A stretch of DNA of 64,000 bases from Candidatus Woesearchaeota archaeon (GTDB lineage: Archaea; Nanobdellota; Nanobdellia; SCGC-AAA011-G17; GW2011-AR18), in the NCBI GenBank assembly GCA_964430545.1, contig CAYSFG010000024.1:24534-88533 (forward strand). The letters run 5' to 3'. The notes under the pieces are model-generated. The model made no database searches. It was not told the DNA's origin and saw only the letters and a list, made by a program, of their open reading frames with translations. The translations under genes were made by a program, and so were the position numbers. Every line of letters begins with the position of its first letter. Position 1 is the first letter of the stretch. Positions 28,796 to 38,811 of this stretch are shown here, in pieces.

Positions 28796-30844
28796 ATGTT
28801 TAAAAGAGGTGCATTAAGTACAATTCAGGATTTGTTTATTGGTTTAGTTTTTGCCGCTTTAGTTATCTTTATATTTGTTTTTATATCTAATAATTTTTTA
28901 GAGTTGTTTAATCAGGATAAAGGTTCATGCGATAACAAACTTCAATGGAATGGTGTTAAAGATTTAGTAAAAAATTTAGATAAAGGTGAAGTTAAGTCTA
29001 TGATCTTTATTAATGAAAAATGCAACCTTGTTAGTTTCTCTTTTAGTCTTGGTTTACAAAATCATCCTATACAACCAGATTTTGAAGTTGCTAAAGATCC
29101 GCAATTATGTATGTGTAAAGTTGATGGTGAAAATTGTAAACATTATAAATGTTATAAACTTACTGATGTAACAGCAATAGTTGATGAAAATGATAAACCT
29201 TTTACAACATCTGAACTTCAACCTTATACTTATCTTACATTTACAAAATTAAATAATAAATTAGTAGTCCAAACTATAGGTAATTTTAAATCTCCAGAAC
29301 CTATTACTGGGGCATTAGATGTTAAAGAATTTAATGAAAATAATATTTTAAACAAATTAACAATATTATTCAATACAAGGTCTATTAAATCTTTTATTCC
29401 TATTATTAATATAAAATCAGACTCTTTATTTATTCCAGAAGGTATCCCTAAAGATCATAATCTTCCTTACTTATTTGATATTGATTTAGGTTTACCTTCA
29501 AAAGAAAGTTTAGGCAATTTACAATATCTTTCTAATCACGAGTCTATTGATACTAACTTTGTTGTTCAAGCAGATATAGAATTATCAATTCCAAAAAATA
29601 TTTTAGAAAATATTGATTCAAGTAATATTGCTTTATATTATAAAAATTTTGATTCATGGAAATCTTCCCGTTTATCTTGTGAAACTCTAGAAAATTTTTA
29701 TTTATGTAAATCAAATATTAAAGGATTTTCTAAGGAATTTGCAATTAGTGTTCCTTCTGTTCGTGTTTCTTTTATTTCAAATTCAGAATTAGAAGTCCAA
29801 TTAACTCCATTAATTAATGGTTTATCTTTTAAGTATAATGTTGATCCATTATTAGTTAAAGCTATTATTCAAAAAGAAAGTGCTTGGAATGAAAAAGCAA
29901 TTTCTAAAACTTGTGGTGCTGGTGGTTTGATGCAATTGATGCCCGGTACTGCTCAAGAATTAGGTTTACTAACTTTTGAAAATTCTAATATTATAAAATG
30001 TGATCCTGATTATGCTTCTAGACTTTTTTCATTTGTTAATTCCAACACAGATTCAGCAAAATTAGATAATAGATTTAATTTTGAATTAAATATTGATGCG
30101 GGTATTAGATATATTTCAAAAATAACTAATCAGTTGAAATTAAATAATATTGAACCTTCAGTTGAAAATATTGCTGCTTCTTATAATGCTGGGCCAAATA
30201 GAATAATAAAAGATAGCGGTGTTCCTAATATTCCAGAAACTAAAGATTATGTTGTTGCTGTTATTCAGAATTATAATAAATTAGTTTCATCATCTTATGA
30301 TTTAACTGGTGATAAAGTTTGGCCTATTAATAACCCTATAATAACTTCTTGTTATGGTTCAAGAGTTTCTCCATTAACTGGTGATCTTGATAAGTTAGAT
30401 TGGCATGATGGTATTGATTTTGGTATTCCAATAGGTACTCCAGTTTATAGTGTTGCTGATGGTGTTGTTATTAGTGTTCATAATTGTGATCCTGATTGTA
30501 CTAAGGGTGGTGGTAATAGTTTATTAATTAAACATAATGACGGATTTACTGGTTATCTCCATTTATCTGAAATATTAGTTGAGAATAATGCTAAAGTTAC
30601 AAAAGGTCAAGTTATTGCTAAGAGCGGTAACACTGGCAGATCTACTGGCCCTCATCTTCATTTTAATGTCTATATAAATCCAGATTTTAGTACTGATGTT
30701 GGTAAACCTAATTATGAGAGAGATCCTTTAAATTATCTTCCTAAATTGTCAGAATATAAAGTAAAGGCAGGTGCTAGAAATTGTTTAGAATCTCCATCAT
30801 TTATTGCATTAAAACAACAAGATGTTAATATTGTTATGGTATAA
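28796..30844 (+). CDS. Pilin-like protein fused to SLT lytic transglycosylase and M23 peptidase domains
   Basis: MFKRG/ALST + TM; PGF-pre-PGF-like segment (KGFSKEFAIS); SLT motifs AIIQKES, GLMQLMPGT, AASYNAGP, ETKDYV; M23 motifs HDGID, YLHL, GPHLHF. Confidence 0.9.
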   Translation: MFKRGALSTIQDLFIGLVFAALVIFIFVFISNNFLELFNQDKGSCDNKLQWNGVKDLVKNLDKGEVKSMIFINEKCNLVSFSFSLGLQNHPIQPDFEVAKDPQLCMCKVDGENCKHYKCYKLTDVTAIVDENDKPFTTSELQPYTYLTFTKLNNKLVVQTIGNFKSPEPITGALDVKEFNENNILNKLTILFNTRSIKSFIPIINIKSDSLFIPEGIPKDHNLPYLFDIDLGLPSKESLGNLQYLSNHESIDTNFVVQADIELSIPKNILENIDSSNIALYYKNFDSWKSSRLSCETLENFYLCKSNIKGFSKEFAISVPSVRVSFISNSELEVQLTPLINGLSFKYNVDPLLVKAIIQKESAWNEKAISKTCGAGGLMQLMPGTAQELGLLTFENSNIIKCDPDYASRLFSFVNSNTDSAKLDNRFNFELNIDAGIRYISKITNQLKLNNIEPSVENIAASYNAGPNRIIKDSGVPNIPETKDYVVAVIQNYNKLVSSSYDLTGDKVWPINNPIITSCYGSRVSPLTGDLDKLDWHDGIDFGIPIGTPVYSVADGVVISVHNCDPDCTKGGGNSLLIKHNDGFTGYLHLSEILVENNAKVTKGQVIAKSGNTGRSTGPHLHFNVYINPDFSTDVGKPNYERDPLNYLPKLSEYKVKAGARNCLESPSFIALKQQDVNIVMV

Positions 30845-30847
30845 AAA

Positions 30848-31219
30848 ATGAAAAAAAAAGGTATGTCAACAACAATGACAGCATGGATTATTGATTTAGT
30901 TATACTTTTATTTATTACAGGTTCATTTTTTGGGGTTATTATAAAAATTAAAGATAATACTAATCATGACCTTAAATTATCTTCTTTAGAATATTCTTTT
31001 TCTAGAATTTTTTCTCAAATTCCTTATAAAAATAAAGAATTATATTTTATTTATAATTATAATCCAAATATAACCTTATCTTTTTCAGAACCTTGTATTA
31101 TAAAAGCAAAACTTAAAGATGAAAAGTTATCAAATATAGCACAGTATAATTGTGTTGTTTCTGATAGAATTATTTCAGAACAGTTTTTAGAAAATAAAAT
31201 AGTGATGGTTTCAAAATGA
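30848..31219 (+). CDS. Minor pilin-like protein
   Basis: MKKKG/MSTTMTAWIIDLVILLFITG. Confidence 0.8.
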   Translation: MKKKGMSTTMTAWIIDLVILLFITGSFFGVIIKIKDNTNHDLKLSSLEYSFSRIFSQIPYKNKELYFIYNYNPNITLSFSEPCIIKAKLKDEKLSNIAQYNCVVSDRIISEQFLENKIVMVSK

Positions 31220-31698
31220 ATAAAAAAGCTTCTTTGCCTACTGAGATGTTGAAATGGTTAGGTAATATAACATTAGTTATGGTTGTTGTTATATTTATTT
31301 TTATGGTTGCCGTTTCTTTTTTAAATGAAAAATTTGATACAAGAGATCTTGAAGTTTATACATTGTCAAGATCTTTGCTTTATTCTGAGAATTGTCTTGC
31401 CTTGAGTGATGAGTTTAAAGTTAGTGTCGGGGTTATAGACATTGAAAAGTTGACTCCAGAAAAATTAAGTTCTTGTTATTCTAAAGAAGATTTTGGTTAT
31501 ACTGTTAAATTATCTGATATTGATAATAATGAAATTGCTTTTGTTAATCCAAAGTTTAATATTAATTATAATATTCCAATATGCGCAGGAGTTAAGTTTT
31601 ATAAATGTTCAAATAATAAATATTATGTTTTATATAAAAAAGATAATAAAATTTTACCAGGTATATTAGATTTAGAGGTGATTACTATTGTACAATAA
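31216..31698 (+). CDS. Minor pilin-like protein
   Basis: MNKKA/SLPTEMLKWLGNITLVMVVVIFIFMV. Confidence 0.8.
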   Translation: MNKKASLPTEMLKWLGNITLVMVVVIFIFMVAVSFLNEKFDTRDLEVYTLSRSLLYSENCLALSDEFKVSVGVIDIEKLTPEKLSSCYSKEDFGYTVKLSDIDNNEIAFVNPKFNINYNIPICAGVKFYKCSNNKYYVLYKKDNKILPGILDLEVITIVQ

Positions 31699-32158
31699 AA
31701 AAGGAGATTTTGGTTTTCCATTATACTTTGTTCCTAGTTTAGTTTTATTAATCTTATTTTTATTATTTTTCTCAATTTTATTTTTTGTTTTAGATGTTGC
31801 TAAATCTAAGGATAATGTGGTATCTAATGAACTATTTACAGATTCTTTGACTTTAAGGAATTTATTATTAACAGAAGAGAACAATGAAAACATTGCTGAT
31901 ATAATATCCGATTTACCTGATGATTCTGCTTTGATAAAACTTAAATCAAGAATTCCAAATATTTTAAAAGTTATTCCTAAACCTCATTCTGTTAGTTCAT
32001 GGAATTTTATTATCTCAAATGATCAAGAAATTTTGCATTTAGGTGAAGATTATCCTTTTTCTAAAGTTTATTATAACCAAACTTTATTATTACCAATTAA
32101 ATCAAAAAATTCCGTTGTTGTGTCATTGTACTTAAATTGTGGGGGCTGCAATGAATAA
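31688..32158 (+). CDS. Minor pilin-like protein
   Basis: (M)YNKKG/DFGFPLYFVPSLVLLILFLLFF. Confidence 0.78.
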   Translation: MYNKKGDFGFPLYFVPSLVLLILFLLFFSILFFVLDVAKSKDNVVSNELFTDSLTLRNLLLTEENNENIADIISDLPDDSALIKLKSRIPNILKVIPKPHSVSSWNFIISNDQEILHLGEDYPFSKVYYNQTLLLPIKSKNSVVVSLYLNCGGCNE

Positions 32159-33005
32159 GAAAGCAGTTTTTTTACCTTTATTTGTAATTGTTACATTAGT
32201 TATTTTAGTTCTATTATCCTATACTATTACCAAAGTTAAATTATCAAGACAAGATAAAGTTGGTATAAAAAGTCTTTCTATCATGAAAGCTTATGATGAA
32301 GGTGAAAAAGATTTATTGTATTTAGAACAATCTCTTAAGTTATCTAAAACATTAGTTATGAAAGAACTTTATGATAATGGAGGTTATCTTTCTTCTAATT
32401 CTTGTCAAAAAATTAAAGACAATGGTGATATGTATGTTTTGATAGATGATTCTTGTAATAATTTTGATATTGATAATAATTTTTTAATTGGTCTTAATAA
32501 TGAATTTAGTTCTTATATCGTTAATTTTAGGAGTACTTATGAAGAGTTTAATCCTAAAAATTCTTTTAGTTCTAGTGCTTTTAATTTTCTAGGTTTAGTT
32601 TCTGATACTATTGTTTCTGAAAGAGGCGGTATTTTAAAAACTTATTCTGAGAATTCAGTTAAAAATTCTAAGATTATTGGTTTTGATAAAGATAAGTCTA
32701 TTGTTACATTATCAGATTTAAATTTTAAGATAGAAAATTCTTTGCAGTCTTCTTATATTATTCATCCTAAGATATATTTAGGAACAAATGATTTAATTAA
32801 TTTTAATAAAGTCTATCAGTTTATTGCTTTAAATTGTATTAAGAAAGAACCTAATGAATGTGTTTCTAAATTAAATTCGGAATTTAAAGCTTTAACTTCT
32901 GTAAATAGAAAGATTATAATAGTTAAAATTCCAGTTAATGATCATATTCTAAAGTTTGCAATAGATATTGATTCTAAACTTCCTAATGTTGGGATAAACA
33001 TATAG
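32151..33005 (+). CDS. Minor pilin-like protein
   Basis: MNKKA/VFLPLFVIVTLVILVLLSY; ATG 32151 preferred over GTG 32139. Confidence 0.78.
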   Translation: MNKKAVFLPLFVIVTLVILVLLSYTITKVKLSRQDKVGIKSLSIMKAYDEGEKDLLYLEQSLKLSKTLVMKELYDNGGYLSSNSCQKIKDNGDMYVLIDDSCNNFDIDNNFLIGLNNEFSSYIVNFRSTYEEFNPKNSFSSSAFNFLGLVSDTIVSERGGILKTYSENSVKNSKIIGFDKDKSIVTLSDLNFKIENSLQSSYIIHPKIYLGTNDLINFNKVYQFIALNCIKKEPNECVSKLNSEFKALTSVNRKIIIVKIPVNDHILKFAIDIDSKLPNVGINI

Positions 33006-33154
33006 AAGGCAAGGAACATAGTTTTATATAGTATTTTTTACCTTAAGATTATTTAATAAATGGATTATACAAAATAGATATCAAAAAAAGTATAATAACT
33101 AACTACCTGTAGATGAACCAAAATACTTTTATAATAAACTAAATTTATATTATT

Positions 33155-34102
33155 ATGATTCTCGGCTATGAAACAATATTAAATAAAATTATTGAAGTTA
33201 CACAACTTCCTAAAGTAGATATTGAATCTAAAATTAATCAGAAACTTAAGGATTTACAAGATTTGATTTCTAAAGAAGGCGCAGCCCATATTGTTGCTAA
33301 TGAATTAAAAGTTAAATTATTTGATTTGTCACTGCCTAAAACTTTTAAGATTAAAGAAATTAAAGCTGGTTTAAATGCAATTAATTTAGTTTGTAGAATT
33401 ATTAATATTAATGATGTTAGAACTTTTAAGCGCAATAATCGTGATTCTAGAGTGGGTTCTATGCTAGTGGGTGATGAGACTGGTTCTTTGAAGATTGTTG
33501 TATGGGATGAAAAAATTATTGATTCTTTAAAAGATTTGAAAGAAGGTTCAGTGATTAAAGTTTCAAATGCTTATTCTAAAGAAAATAATAATTATCTGGA
33601 ATTACATCTTGGTAATCGTGCTATTATTGAAAATTCTAATGAAACTATTGGGGAGATTCGTTTAGGTATTATTTCTAAAAGAAAACATATTAAAGATCTT
33701 AAAGAAAATGATTTTGTTGAGGTTTTTGGGACAATTGTACAAATGTTTGATCCTAGATTTTATAATGCTTGTCCTGTTTGTAGTAAAAAAATTTTAATGC
33801 AAGAAGATTCTTTTGTATGCCAAGAGCATGGCAAAGTTCCAGTTAAACAGGTCCCAATTTTAAATATTGTTTTTGACGATGGTACAGGTAATATAAGATC
33901 TGTTTTATTTAGGGAAAATGCTGAAAAAATTATAGGTAAAGATTATTCTAATTTAGATGCTGTAAGAAAAGATGTTTTAGGTAAGCAGTTATTATTAAAG
34001 GGTAAAGTTAATAAAAACGAACTTTATTCTAGAATGGAGTTTATGGTTAATTCTGTTGAACCAGTTAATCCTGAGATTTTAATTAAAGAATTAGAAAACT
34101 AA
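33155..34102 (+). CDS. rpa: Replication protein A (OB folds plus zinc ribbon)
   Basis: GDETGSLKIVVW, NAYSKE, CPVC...CQEH, DDGTGNIR. Confidence 0.88.
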   Translation: MILGYETILNKIIEVTQLPKVDIESKINQKLKDLQDLISKEGAAHIVANELKVKLFDLSLPKTFKIKEIKAGLNAINLVCRIININDVRTFKRNNRDSRVGSMLVGDETGSLKIVVWDEKIIDSLKDLKEGSVIKVSNAYSKENNNYLELHLGNRAIIENSNETIGEIRLGIISKRKHIKDLKENDFVEVFGTIVQMFDPRFYNACPVCSKKILMQEDSFVCQEHGKVPVKQVPILNIVFDDGTGNIRSVLFRENAEKIIGKDYSNLDAVRKDVLGKQLLLKGKVNKNELYSRMEFMVNSVEPVNPEILIKELEN

Positions 34103-34135
34103 ACTTTTATAAATAAGCTTCTATTCTAATATTTT

Positions 34136-34690
34136 ATGAACATAGGATTATGGATTTTAATAAGTATAGTTGTTTTAATAGTTTTATATTTAATATTTAC
34201 TTTTAATAGATTAATTGTTTTAAAAAATAGAATTAATAATGCATGGGCTCAGATTGATGTTCAGCTTAAAAGAAGATTTGATTTAATTCCTAACTTAGTT
34301 GAAACTGTTAAAGGTTACGCTAAACATGAAAAATCTACTTTCACAGAATTAACTAAAGCAAGGGCTATGATGGCTAATGCAACTTCAATGTCTGATAAAT
34401 CTAAAGCAGATAATATGATCACAGGTGCTTTAAAATCTTTATTTGCAGTTACAGAGAATTATCCCGAATTAAAAGCTAATGAAAATTTCATGCAATTACA
34501 AGAAGAATTATCTGGTACTGAAAGCAAGATTGCTTATTCAAGACAATTTTATAATGATTCAGTTTTATCTTTTAATAATTTAATTCATACTTTTCCACCT
34601 AATATTATTGCTAATATGTTTGGTTTTAAAGAAAAAGAATTCTTTGAAACTAAAGGCGTTGAGAGAGAAGCTGTTAAAGTTCAGTTTTAA
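34136..34690 (+). CDS. lemA: LemA family protein
   Basis: [43 protein letters not shown]. Confidence 0.96.
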   Translation: MNIGLWILISIVVLIVLYLIFTFNRLIVLKNRINNAWAQIDVQLKRRFDLIPNLVETVKGYAKHEKSTFTELTKARAMMANATSMSDKSKADNMITGALKSLFAVTENYPELKANENFMQLQEELSGTESKIAYSRQFYNDSVLSFNNLIHTFPPNIIANMFGFKEKEFFETKGVEREAVKVQF

Positions 34691-34799
34691 TCTATATTTT
34701 TAATTAACTAAGTATTTATAATTTTTTTTTGTTAGTAGTGTTTTTTAGGAAATAAGTCATTTTAGTAAAGTTTATATTAATTTATTAATTTACATATTC

Positions 34800-35684
34800 A
34801 TGTCAGAAAAAACTAATTTTTACAATGAAATATCTAAGAATAGATTTAAGACAATTTTATTAATATTAATTTTTTCAATTTTAATTCTTTTCTTAGGTTA
34901 TATTTTAGGGATAATGTATACAGGCAATCCATTTATAGGTTTAATCGTAGCAGTTATTATTTCATTAATCTTAATTTCCATAAGTTATTTTTCTGGTGAT
35001 TCTATTGTTTTAAATGTTACAGGTGCTAAAGAAGCAACTAAACCACAATATACTTATTTGATTAATACAATTGAAGGCTTGGCTATTGCTGCAGGTTTGC
35101 CAAAACCTAAAGTGTGGGTTATTAATGATCAAAATCCTAATGCTTTTGCTACTGGCAGAAATCCTGAAAAATCTCATGTTGCTGTTACAACAGGTTTATT
35201 AGATTTAATGAATCGTGAAGAGTTAGAAGGAGTAATTGCTCATGAAATGTCTCATATTAAAAATTTTGATATTAGATATATGATGATTGTTGCTGTAATG
35301 GTAGGAATGGCAGTTATTCTTAGTGATTTTATTGTCAGAAGTTTTTTATGGGGTGGTGATCGTGATCGTAAAATTCATCCTGCTTTTATTGTTTTAGGAA
35401 TTGTATTTGCTATTTTAACTCCTGTGATTGCAGAATTAATTAGATTGGCGATTTCAAGAAAGCGTGAATATTTAGCAGATGCTTCTGGTGCTTTGTTTAC
35501 TAGAAATCCCCAAGGTTTAGCTTCTGCCTTAAAAAAATTAAAAAATTATAATGGCCCAAGTATGAAATCTGCTTCTAAAGCAACTGCTCATTTATTTATT
35601 TCAAATCCTTTTAAAAATGCTTCTCAATTATTTAGTACACATCCGCCATTAAATGAAAGAATTAAGAAATTAGAATCTATGTAA
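34800..35684 (+). CDS. htpX: Zinc metalloprotease HtpX (M48)
   Basis: PNAFATG, AHEMSH, SRKREYLAD, FSTHPP. Confidence 0.95.
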   Translation: MSEKTNFYNEISKNRFKTILLILIFSILILFLGYILGIMYTGNPFIGLIVAVIISLILISISYFSGDSIVLNVTGAKEATKPQYTYLINTIEGLAIAAGLPKPKVWVINDQNPNAFATGRNPEKSHVAVTTGLLDLMNREELEGVIAHEMSHIKNFDIRYMMIVAVMVGMAVILSDFIVRSFLWGGDRDRKIHPAFIVLGIVFAILTPVIAELIRLAISRKREYLADASGALFTRNPQGLASALKKLKNYNGPSMKSASKATAHLFISNPFKNASQLFSTHPPLNERIKKLESM

Positions 35685-35758
35685 TTTTTTTTTTGTTAGA
35701 ATTTCCATGTAATAATTCATAAATATTGTTAGATAAAAGAAAAGTATAAATATCAGTT

Positions 35759-35770
35759 ATACTATAGTAT
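35759..35770. promoter_or_regulatory. Palindromic operator of the TA pair
   Basis: Perfect palindrome ATACTATAGTAT between TATA box and start codon. Confidence 0.55.
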
Positions 35771-35775
35771 TACTT

Positions 35776-36048
35776 ATGGTAAAACAATTATTTAAAAAAA
35801 TGACGATAGGTCCTAAAGGGCAAGTTGTAATTCCAAAAATATTTAGGGATATAGAAAAAATAAGTCCGGGAACTGAGGTTTTATTAGAATTAAGAGAAGA
35901 AGGTATATTAATAAGTAAAAAGGAAGAAATTGATATTATTAAACTAATGAAGAAAATAGCTAAATCCATATCTAAAGATGATCAAATTAATTCAGATAAA
36001 GATTATGAGGAAATGTTGGGGGGGAGATGGAAAAAAAGTATTATATAG
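35776..36048 (+). CDS. AbrB/MazE/SpoVT-type antitoxin
   Basis: IGPKGQVVIPKIFRDIEKISPGTEV. Confidence 0.9.
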   Translation: MVKQLFKKMTIGPKGQVVIPKIFRDIEKISPGTEVLLELREEGILISKKEEIDIIKLMKKIAKSISKDDQINSDKDYEEMLGGRWKKSII

Positions 36049-36440
36049 ACTCTAATGTTTTTATATTTGCTTACTGTTATGATAATAAAGATGGTGATTA
36101 TTGTAGGAATATTATTAAAAAGATAATTAATAATGAAATACAAGCGTTCACTTCTAGTTTAACATTTGATGAATTATTTTACAAAACATTTAAGTTAAAG
36201 GATAGAAAAACAGCCTTATTAGTCGCTGATCTTTTTTTAAATTTAAAAAATATTAATTTTATATCAGTAGATTATAATATAATGTGTTTAACAAATTCTT
36301 TATTAATAAAACACAGTATCGGGCCAAGAGATGCAATACACTTAGCTTGTTGTTTGAATAATAAAATAAATATAATAATTTCAACTGATAAAGATTTTGA
36401 TGAAATAAAAGAGGTAAAAAGAATTAATCCCTTAGTATAA
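36027..36440 (+). CDS. vapC: PIN-domain VapC toxin
   Basis: YIDSNVF, TFDEL, PRDAIHLA, STDKDFD. Confidence 0.9.
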   Translation: MEKKYYIDSNVFIFAYCYDNKDGDYCRNIIKKIINNEIQAFTSSLTFDELFYKTFKLKDRKTALLVADLFLNLKNINFISVDYNIMCLTNSLLIKHSIGPRDAIHLACCLNNKINIIISTDKDFDEIKEVKRINPLV

Positions 36441-36457
36441 TTTTATGGTGATAAAAA

Positions 36458-36931
36458 ATGGTGATGTTTAAAACTCATTTAGCAATTGGCTTTCTTATAG
36501 GACTATTATTATTTAAATTTTTAAAAGTTAATCCTTTATTTTTTATTCCTTTAGTTACTATATTTAGTGCTTTGCCAGATATTGATCATCCTAGAAGTAA
36601 ATATGGTAGAAAATTATGGTTTTTTTCAATTCCAATATCATGGGTATTTAAACATCGTGGTTTTTTTCATTCTGTTTTTCCTGCAGTTATAGGATTTTTT
36701 ATTTTATCATATTTTAAATTTTATCTTATAGCTTGGGCTTTATTAATTGGTTATCTTGCTCATCTTGTTGGTGATGCTTTAACTGTTCAAGGAATTAATT
36801 TTTTGCATCCATTCTCAACTTTTGAAATACACGGTCCTATTCATACAGGAAAATTTTTAGAATCTATTTTATTTTATTTTGTTATTATATTAAATGTTTA
36901 TTATTTATTAAAAATTTTTAATATTTTATAA
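36458..36931 (+). CDS. Membrane-bound metal-dependent hydrolase (YdjM/DUF457-like)
   Basis: KTHLA, LPDIDHP, HRGFFHS, HLVGD. Confidence 0.88.
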   Translation: MVMFKTHLAIGFLIGLLLFKFLKVNPLFFIPLVTIFSALPDIDHPRSKYGRKLWFFSIPISWVFKHRGFFHSVFPAVIGFFILSYFKFYLIAWALLIGYLAHLVGDALTVQGINFLHPFSTFEIHGPIHTGKFLESILFYFVIILNVYYLLKIFNIL

Positions 36932-36990
36932 TAAATTTAAATTTTAGAATGATAAGTTAGGTTTATAAAATTTATTATTATATTATTTTA

Positions 36991-38709
36991 ATGTTAAATA
37001 TAAAAAAGTCTAAATATTTAGGATTATTAGGGGTATTATTTTTAAATTCTTGTGGGCCTGTGCCTGAAATTCCATTAAGGCCACCTAGTCATAGATATAA
37101 TGATGAAGATGCAGGGAATGACCAAGATGGTGGAAATAATGAAGATTTAGAAGGATTAGTTAATGATGCTAGTAATTTTTGTAGTTTAAAAGGAAAGGAA
37201 TTGCAAAAAAAAGATTATGTTAAGGGAAGTAATTTAAATGCTTCATGGATTGATGTTACTGATAGTTTAGGAATTCCAGAAATTTATGGTCTTACAGCTT
37301 CTTGGGGGGATATTAATAATGATGGTTATCCTGATTTATTAATAGGTAGTAATGAAGGATTAAATTTATTTATTAATTGTTTAGATAAATTTTATAATAT
37401 AAATCTAGAATATAGGATTAATGATTTTATGGAATTTTTTGGTTTATTATGGAATATCCAATCAACTTATATAACTGATTTTGATAATGATAATGACAAA
37501 GATATTCTTATTGCAAATGGACAAAATATTACTTTATTATCTTATAAAAATAAATTAAATTTTGAGGGATATAAACTTTTTGAGGATACTGAATTTTTTG
37601 GAAGAACTTTTAGTACTATAAGTGCAGTAGATATTAATGAAGATAACTTATTAGATATATATGCTGCTAGAATGGGATTAAATCAATCAGGTGGTGGTCC
37701 AAGTGATCTTGCTCCAGATCCTAATCCAGATCTAACTAATATAATATTATTAAATAAAGGAAATAATAGTTTTATAGAATATACAAATAACTTAAGAGAA
37801 ATTTTAACCCCGAGCCAGTATCATACTTATTCTTTTCTTTTTATACCAAGAATAATATTTAATAAAAAATCACTATTCCACATAGGAAATGATCAAGGGC
37901 CAGATGTTTTGTTTGAATATGAACAAGAAAATTTTAGAAGATTAATGATTCCTCATTTAGAACCTGAATCAACTATGGGTGAAGATTTTAGATATAGAGA
38001 TAATACAGGTGAAGTTGATATAGTTCTAAGTGATACAGGTAAACATCCTTTATTAAGTGTAGATATGAATAATAATGTAATAGATATATCTTCTACTATA
38101 TCATGGAAAAGGCCTTATGTAAGTTGGGGTATTGTTTTTGGCGATTTTGATAATGACGGAGATGAAGATTTAGTATATGCTAATGGGTCGATTGGTGGCT
38201 CATCGATTAGAGATAATGAACTTTTATATCTTGAAAATGATCAAGAATTACGTCAAGTTGATGAGTTAAATAATTATAATGATAAAGGAGATACTGCAGG
38301 AAGTTTTTTTGACGGAACTATAAAAGGAGATCATTATTCTGTAAGTACAGCTGATTTTGATAGAGATGGTTGTATGGACCTTGCTGTAACATCTTCAATT
38401 ACTTTAAGAAATGATCATGATAGAATAATTGTTTTAAAAAATAAATGTAATTATCCTGGAAATTGGGTTGGTTTAAATTTGCCAGATCACATAGGCAGCA
38501 TGATTGAAGTATCTTCTTGCGGTATAAAAAAATATAGAACAATAAAATCAATATCAGGTGTTGCTTCTAGAAGTGATTATAATTTGCATTTAGGTTTAGG
38601 AAATTGTAATTCAGTAGATAAAATGAAAATTAAATGGAATGATAATACTGAATCAGTTTATGAAGATTTAATAATAAATAAATATAATGATATAAAAAAA
38701 AACAAATAA
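36991..38709 (+). CDS. FG-GAP repeat / ASPIC-UnbV (CRTAC1-like) lipoprotein
   Basis: LNSC lipobox, repeated DINNDGYPDL, DFDNDGDEDL and DFDRDGCMDL motifs, C-terminal LHLGLG...IKWND. Confidence 0.85.
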   Translation: MLNIKKSKYLGLLGVLFLNSCGPVPEIPLRPPSHRYNDEDAGNDQDGGNNEDLEGLVNDASNFCSLKGKELQKKDYVKGSNLNASWIDVTDSLGIPEIYGLTASWGDINNDGYPDLLIGSNEGLNLFINCLDKFYNINLEYRINDFMEFFGLLWNIQSTYITDFDNDNDKDILIANGQNITLLSYKNKLNFEGYKLFEDTEFFGRTFSTISAVDINEDNLLDIYAARMGLNQSGGGPSDLAPDPNPDLTNIILLNKGNNSFIEYTNNLREILTPSQYHTYSFLFIPRIIFNKKSLFHIGNDQGPDVLFEYEQENFRRLMIPHLEPESTMGEDFRYRDNTGEVDIVLSDTGKHPLLSVDMNNNVIDISSTISWKRPYVSWGIVFGDFDNDGDEDLVYANGSIGGSSIRDNELLYLENDQELRQVDELNNYNDKGDTAGSFFDGTIKGDHYSVSTADFDRDGCMDLAVTSSITLRNDHDRIIVLKNKCNYPGNWVGLNLPDHIGSMIEVSSCGIKKYRTIKSISGVASRSDYNLHLGLGNCNSVDKMKIKWNDNTESVYEDLIINKYNDIKKNK

Positions 38710-38811
38710 TTAAAAGTTTGAAGTAAAAAATGAAAAAAAAATATCATAATAAAATTACAAGAATAACATTCAAACCAAAAGATATATAATATATCAAACA
38801 TCTATTTATTT

